The notes under the pieces are model-generated. The model was not told the DNA's origin. It did no database searches and saw only the letters and a program-made list of their open reading frames with translations. A program made the translations under genes and the position numbers. A DNA stretch of 63,996 bases, the filler included, from Collodictyon triciliatum (lineage: Eukaryota), in the NCBI GenBank assembly GCA_043381765.1. It is 20 parts of 20 records of this genome, joined end to end, with 100 filler letters (N's around TTAATTAATTAA, not from the genome) between each part and the next. Parts side by side here need not be neighbours in the genome. Positions count along the whole stretch, not along the records: positions 54,009 to 57,272 come from JBHJMP010007556.1; positions 57,373 to 60,634 come from JBHJMP010007557.1; positions 60,735 to 63,996 come from JBHJMP010007558.1; 17 more parts are not named here. One strand, 5' to 3'. The number at the start of each line of letters is the position of its first letter. Position 1 is the stretch's first letter. Below, piece by piece: positions 56,843 through 63,996 of this stretch.

Positions 56843-57372
56843 TGGCGAATGATTCTGCGGCGGTGGGAGAGGCGAAGGCGGCAGCGAAATCGGCTCTGCT
56901 TTGTGTGCCGCTTTGCTGGGACTGAGTGTGGGTGCGCTTCGGGCATCACGGGATTCGCCTTCTGTAAAGGCCGTCCTGATTGGGCTTTCGCTCGTGCTGT
57001 CTTTGTCCTCGGCTGCGTGGTGTTTGTTGGCTTTTGTCCGTAATTATGCAATATGTTGAATCTTTTCTCATTTTATTTATTTGTATTTTTTATTTGTACT
57101 TTTTATTTGTATTTTTTATTTGTATTTTTATTTGTATTTTTATTTGTATTTTTATTTGTATTTTTATTTGTATTTTTATTTGTATTTTATTTGTATTTTA
57201 TTTGTATTTTATTTGTATTTTATTTGTATTTTATTTGTATTTTATTTGTATTTTATTTGTATTTTATTTGTANNNNNNNNNNNNNNNNNNNNNNNNNNNN
57301 NNNNNNNNNNNNNNNNTTAATTAATTAANNNNNNNNNNNNNNNNNNNNNNNNNNNNNNNNNNNNNNNNNNNN

Positions 57373-57431
<59 letters not shown>

Positions 57432-57451
57432 TTCTTCGTTACCTCAAAACA

Positions 57452-58528
57452 GAGCTACGCATCAATAACATGCAACAAAACACAGAAAATCAACGAGAGC
57501 TTGCGGAAAACTCCAAGGGAGATAAAAGCGACCAGCTGCCTTTTCAAACTATCGTGAAAATCGACAAGTTGCAAAATAGTGCCGAGTGGATTTCAAGGCA
57601 TGATGTGCCCCCGCCAGAGCCTTATGTTGAAACACCAATTTTGGACAGTAAGATTATGAACTTTAAAAGTGTTGTTGTCCTATTAATGATTGAAAGGGCA
57701 AAATATATCATCAAAATTAATTCACAATCATGTAGTATCGTTAGCTTCATAATATATAGCTAACGATACTACAAATCAGATAAAATGCCTAAAGAAAGCA
57801 TTTATGTCCGAGCATTCAATAAAAGTTCATCATAGCCCTAAATATTGCCTTTCCTTTATTGTCATGAAATAGAAGAGGCGACTGTTGAAGAAACTCGGGC
57901 GTTTTTGAGCCACCACGGAGTTGTTATCACACCCAAAATGGAAATGCAAAACGAAACTTTCGACCCCTCCTACCTCTACTCTCAAGATTACTGGTCGATT
58001 GTCCACATGTTTGGGCCCGAACCGGCCATGAAAGTATTCTATTCTCTTCACCCTCCAGGTGAGACCAGTCCCCTCTCCGAGGCTCGTCTAGAATACGATT
58101 AGACAGCAGAACTCGAATTCCCTTGTGTATGTCTCGATGGGAAATAAAGCTAAACTCGGTAGAAGAAAAAAAAGGATAGAGAAAGGACAGAGGAGAGAAC
58201 AAGAGAAAAGGACATTAATACAATCCACTCGATAAAGGAGGTGAATGGAAAAACATAGCACAGGTGATGAAATCAGAAACCTCTGTGCGCCGTATCTCGC
58301 ACAATTTATCGTACTTGTGCGTCTGGGATTAGTTTGTTGCTCCTCATTTCTTATAAAAATTCAGGGAGGGATAAAAGCGGAAGTAGCAGAGGAGAAAAGA
58401 AGAAAAGAGAGGAGCGCACAAAAGATTTCAGCGAGCAAGGTCATTTGGCAGCAGTGCGGCGGGCTGTTCAAGCGAATCAACTTAAATCTATGGTTGGCTC
58501 TCCCAGCCCCACAGCCACTTTATTCTAG
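57452..58528 (+). CDS. Hypothetical protein, 3 exons
   Basis: ...PEPYVETPILD|KEATVEETRAFLSHHG...FYSLHPP|GRDKSGSS...PTATLF*, with phase-1 GT-AG junctions. Confidence 0.5.
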
Positions 58529-58755
58529 TGATTTGTACAAAGCCGAAACTGACTCGGGTCATGTGATAGAAAAGAAATGTTGTAGCTTGCTTCAAACAAT
58601 TGTCCCAGCCTTGCTACTCTGTAAGTAAGTGAGAGTGTATGGAAAAAAGGGTATTGTTTTTGGGGCTTCGTTGTGACAGCCCATGTGAAACTCTCAGAAA
58701 GAAAAAAAAAGGGGAACTCTTCTCGATTAATGCGTGTCATCCTTGCGCAGGGGCC

Positions 58756-58786
<31 letters not shown>

Positions 58787-59325
58787 TTCAGATGACCCCG
58801 AAGGGTCGGCACATTGATGCTGATTTACACTATATACATTGACTGCTTTGCGCTGCTCTATACACTGTGGGTGTCTCTGAATGTCAACGCTATTCAGATC
58901 AATCTGGAAAATATCGTTATATTGTCGTATCTTTGCGCAGTTACTGATTCGTAACTGTCTGTCCTCTTATGTACCTCTGCTGCAGTCCTGCCCAGTCAAT
59001 TACACATACTCTTGCCCTTTCCGCATAATAACACAGCACACGATGGATGTAGCCGGTGTGTGTAGCACCTGCTGCCACTTACCCTTTCTGGCTGCTCCAA
59101 CCGCCTCCCTCAACGGCTTTTTCCTTTTTTTATTGCTGCCAAAACGCGTGTGAATAACCCAGCAGGAACCCGATACAGTCTTCGGCGCTGAGATGTTCGA
59201 GCATTATGGCCGTGTGACCGTTCGTACCGGAAAGTAGTGCCTGCTTCAAACACACATGAGGCGAAGACTCGCATCGCATTGGTTTTTGTGAAAAGCGTGG
59301 CGGTCAGCATTGCAAGACTGTCCAA
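58525..59325 (-). CDS. Possible 3' exons of a hypothetical gene
   Basis: [45 protein letters not shown]...TNH* splices in phase; upstream structure is ambiguous. Confidence 0.3.
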
Positions 59326-60602
59326 CTAAAGCCCGCCCAAGTGTCAATCAGAACCAGGTAGATAAAAAATTAATAAAAGTAATACTGGAGATTTTTTTTA
59401 TTTCTCTGTGCAGCCCGCGAAGATATGAAAGTAACAGCGTGCAGCGCATCAGCCATGCGGCGCAGAAGCCGCAGGCTTTTTCATGAGAGATAGAGGCGAA
59501 GAGCGGTGGATGTTGAAGAAACCGACCATGTTACTCGTCTTTTGTAAAGCGCCCGGACGGTGAAATGTGTTATGTTTAAGAATGAATCATTTAGAGCTTT
59601 CGTCATCAGGAAAGTATAACATGCGGCACATATTAGAAAACAAATCAAAACAAAACAGACTTGAGGCTGTCGCGCGCTCAAATCACCACCCACTGTCATC
59701 ACGAAATGTTCAAGATACAACTCTTCACAAGGGAATGCGAGGGAGTTTTCATGAGATTGAGATTATGCCAACCAGAAAAGCTGTGCCACAACAACCAACC
59801 CGATACGCGGACATGAAAAAAAAACATATGAATTGAATGCCGGGGTATCAATCACGCATTGATTCATCGAAAGCACCCTTGTGAAGGTAAAAAATGCATC
59901 AAAGGGACTGGCTTCAACAAAGATGGGACAGCAGCCGCAATTCCGTTTGGGTGATAGCTCTGTGTGTTGTTGGGCAGTGATAGAAAAGGGGGCAAGTGTC
60001 CCAAGTCACCCTATGAGAAGATTTATGCATGGTTGTAGCAAAGCCAGTCCTTTGGTGCGAAGGAGGAGCGCGAAGGTTATGTCTGCTTGTATGTTTCTTT
60101 CCAACACAATTCACTGTCTTTTCGAATGGATAATATCCACATAAAGTCTGAAAACAAATCCTATTTGGACTGCGGCGGTTGAAGATGCGTTTCACTTTAT
60201 ACTCTGGGGTGCCGTGAAAGACTCTCGCTTATGGGGTGTAATCAGAAACAAAGAACTCTTTCATACATCGCACTCTCCTCTTCTTGCAACGCCTTGACAT
60301 GAGGGTCTCTTCCTTTTCTTTTGCGACCAATTGCGACCAATTGCAAGGATACGAGGGCACCTCTTCACCTACTGCTTATTTGTGGTTTCGTGAGAGCACA
60401 CAGCGTGACACTTTATATCCTCCCTTATTCCACTAAAATAGAGCCATCGCATTTAACAAGGCCAGCGGTCCCCTGAGTTGGACAACCGATGAAAACCTGA
60501 TCTTTGTCTGATGCCTCTTTCCCTTCGTTTCTCTCTCTCCCTCTCTCTTTTCTCTCTCTTTTCTCTCTCTTTTCTCTCTCTTTTCTCTCTCTTTTCTCTC
60601 TC

Positions 60603-60634
<32 letters not shown>

Positions 60635-60734
60635 NNNNNNNNNNNNNNNNNNNNNNNNNNNNNNNNNNNNNNNNNNNNTTAATTAATTAANNNNNNNNNN
60701 NNNNNNNNNNNNNNNNNNNNNNNNNNNNNNNNNN

Positions 60735-63180
60735 GTTGCTGGGATTGCAGGCGACCATTTTCTGTGTTGGTTTTGGGCGCAGGAAGCGTAGGAAAAGTGG
60801 AATACGAAGGAAGATCATAATCTGATTGTCAAATAGTTTTACATATGCGGAAATTATACTTATTAGTTATTTATTGAGTTGGATATTTTGCAAGCATGTA
60901 AATTGTAATAATGAAATACACAATAATGTTCCCATTTTTTTTTATTGGAATAAAGGGAAAAAGAAGAACATTCCCGGTTCCTAGTGGACTGCGTGATACA
61001 AGATTTATCACAGGCCATCTTGGCAACAGAGCGCTTCTTGCGGCGACTGGCTTTCTTAGAATCAACCCTGTTAACAAAACCCAGAGCTTATCCTTGAAAA
61101 CTTGGGTAACTCAGCCTGAAAAAAAATGGCGGACCTCTTAAAGTGGGAGTGAAAGCCTTCTTCCAAAAGACTTAAACGCCACCAAAGGGACATGGTAATA
61201 ACTCCCTTGAAGGCGATGTGCGGCAGATAACGATGGGAAGGTTTGCATTTTTTTAATATCAGAAGGGACCTCTCTTTTTTCATAAAGCAAATACTCCAAA
61301 TTGTAACAAAGAAAACACCGACCAACATTACGAAGACCGCTCTTTTTTCATTCCTTTTTCTTCTTTCGATAAAGCATTGGTAATCAGCCGTATTAACTTG
61401 AAATCCAACTAATGCGTATAAACTTTTAAAAAAAACGTACACAACTCTGGATCTCAATATTATTTTAATCAGAGGAAGCGGTCCTCTTGGTATTGAGCAC
61501 GAAGACTTTGCACTTCTAAAGGGGCATGTCCTTTTGACCGTATGAAGAGTGTGCATCATCGAACTCATAAATACAAACTCACCTGCTAATCATACAAACA
61601 CGATGGCCCAATCCATTACAAGTACATATGAGGCATCTTAATTACAACGAAAATAATCTGAATACTGTATCGCAATCTAGAACAAAGAGAGTATACTATG
61701 CAGTAAAGTCATCATCTCATTCAGCTTTGTGCCATTCACACACATCTCGAACCCCTCCAAAACTTCTCATCCTTTTCAGGCTTTGTACTATCAAAGCATC
61801 ACTCGCTCTACCTCATTCCTTCAGTAAGCACTCTTCATTTGACTTCCATATATCTCAAGACTTTGTCGAGCATCTGCTACAAAAGGACCAATCATTAACC
61901 TTACCGAGCATCAGTTTTTTTTTTTCCCCCTTTCCCTCCCTAATCGAAAAATCCATCATTTGCCTCCTACTCATTCCCTTCTGAACATCTCCGCCCTCAA
62001 TCTATTCTGGAACCCTACTCTGGCGCGCTGATGTGACCTAAGATAATAAGTGTCTGGCGCCAACAGCAGAGCCTGCAATAAATCTAACGCATAAATCAGC
62101 GAAGAGAAAAATGGCAACTTTTGGAGAAGAATCGCCCACATAGAAGTGGAGAAAAGTTCGCAAAGAATGCGGTGAGAGTATTTATGGTTATTGGAAGCAC
62201 ACTGCGAGAATATGTGGATATAAATGGCTATGTGATATACTGCAAGTTACAATTCAACCGTGCAGGAGAGAATGCTTTCTTTTCATTCTATACATATTTC
62301 ATGAGGACAGACCACGTCATCCAAATGAAAGATGGACCTTTCTCTAGATATAAGTTGAGGTAGATAGATTCAGAAAAGGGCTTCATGATATGAACAACTT
62401 TCTAGGCTGCTGAATTTCCCATCTTAGAGGACATATTCAAGTACCAGCGAGTAAACCATGAGCCAAACTACATGCCAAGTTGTTTTCGAGGAAAAAATCC
62501 AAGGAAAAATGGCAGGATACGTTGTCGAAGAGTTTGAGTATGTTGAATTAGCTATGTTAGTCTGCTCCTCCTTGTGGAAATATTAGCACATTTTTATAAA
62601 TGATTTTTTTTCACTCAAACATTAATGGCCTCTATTTTTTTGCACAGAAAAAAGAAAAGAGCAAAACAAAACAATCACTCGGAGGATTGTATCAAGAAAA
62701 TAATAGTCTTTTCCATGTTAGCAAAAATTTGATACCGAATTACATTAAAATACCCTGCTTTTCACTCTCCATATGTCAAGTTTGTAAGAAATCCCTAAAC
62801 ATATTTTATTCTTGTATGCAACCTAACTATTTTGTAGTGCAATTCTACTTATCATGGTTACTACTATGACATTCTACAATTTTGATATGGTCAGCTAGAC
62901 TCCTACACAATTTACCTTCAGCTTTGATATTTTTTTTTTGAAAGATAACAATGCCTTGACAAGACATTTAAAAATTAAGAACATTTTGATGGTTATTATG
63001 CATTTGCGCACGAGTCTTTTCTCTTGTATTAGGTTAATGAACGGCTCACGCTGGAAGACCATATTAAAAATATTGAAGGAAAAACATACGAACATCTCGT
63101 GGATATGTACAAATGCCGGGTAAGACTGCGTTAATACCATATCAATTATAAATGAGATATACGTAAAATTGATATGAAGG
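60735..63180 (-). CDS. Hypothetical multi-exon gene(s)
   Basis: Several open exon-like blocks with AG/GT ends (e.g. FHSHFKR|VDSKKASRRKKRS...|YDLPSYS); the full model was not resolved. Confidence 0.35.
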
Positions 63181-63996
63181 CTGAATAAAAGAGTTTGTCA
63201 TTTTTTGAATCAGAAGAAAGGAAAAAAAAAAAGGTTACCATTTTATTCCACCCTGAAACACAATGTAAATAAATTGTAACAAAAAAAAAGGATGCAACTC
63301 CAAATTTGAGAATGTACGGCATAAGAAAATCAGTGGGTCAAGATTCAGCAGGACCATCGACAATTATTTTTTTTATTGAAACGAATTGTTTTGTTTAACT
63401 CACACATATTTTCCCCCTTTATTTAATTATCTATGATTACAACGTTTCTCTCCCTCAAACGAGACATCCCGATGAAACACTAATATTTGAATATATATAA
63501 AAGGTGTCAACTTTTCGGAGGGACACGAATAAGGTCATGGAAAAGATTAGTAGTGAAATTAGAGGCATCTTCGAGGATGCGCATAAAAAAGTAACGCAAA
63601 TGAATTCTTTTATTCTTTTACTTTTAAAATTGCCACGAAGAAATTGTATAAACAAAGAAACTAGAAAACCTATCATATTTTGATTTAGTCGAATAATGGA
63701 TTAATTAAAATCCCATGAAAAAAATCAGTTGGGCGAAAACTCGAAAGTTCTTGTGGATAAGCACCATGATGAATGGGTTACAAGGAAAGCCCACCACAGG
63801 GACTGAACATTCTTTACCACGAGAAATAAAACGAAATATTGAACAAAGATAAAATGACAAGAAAAAGACATCGCGACGATTCTAAAAATTCAGGAATAAT
63901 AATGATAATAATAATGATAATAATAATGATAATAATAATGATAATAATAATGATAATAATAATGATAATAATAATGATAATAATAATGATAATAAT

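Overview
Eukaryotic, intron-rich, microsatellite-rich (probably protist) draft-genome sequence. It is not one locus. About 19 unplaced scaffolds of roughly 3.26-3.28 kb, ordered approximately by decreasing length, are concatenated with an artificial 100-bp spacer (N44-TTAATTAATTAA-N44), so gene order across spacers is meaningless with one exception. Manual GT-AG splicing with the standard code gives recognisable, mostly partial genes. These are TRM8, COMMD8, RRP42/EXOSC7, a Maf-like protein, a multi-TM class III cyclase-like protein, RPP21, a bacterial-type rhodanese, a PHO80/U-type cyclin, Vps23/TSG101, a telobox (TRF-like) Myb protein, PCBD, TRF4/PAPD5, a formin-like N-terminus, a myristoylated LRR protein, DUF2804, a BAR protein, PNISR, an A_thal_3526-domain protein and Snf7/CHMP4, plus orphans. 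The most striking unexplained signal is a dispersed intronic micro-element of about 20-27 bp (TTTGAATCGAATAAAGG + A-run) on three independent scaffolds. Two copies are flanked by perfect 17-18 bp direct repeats, which looks like extremely truncated target-primed retro-insertions. All family assignments come from motif recognition by eye, not from database searches.
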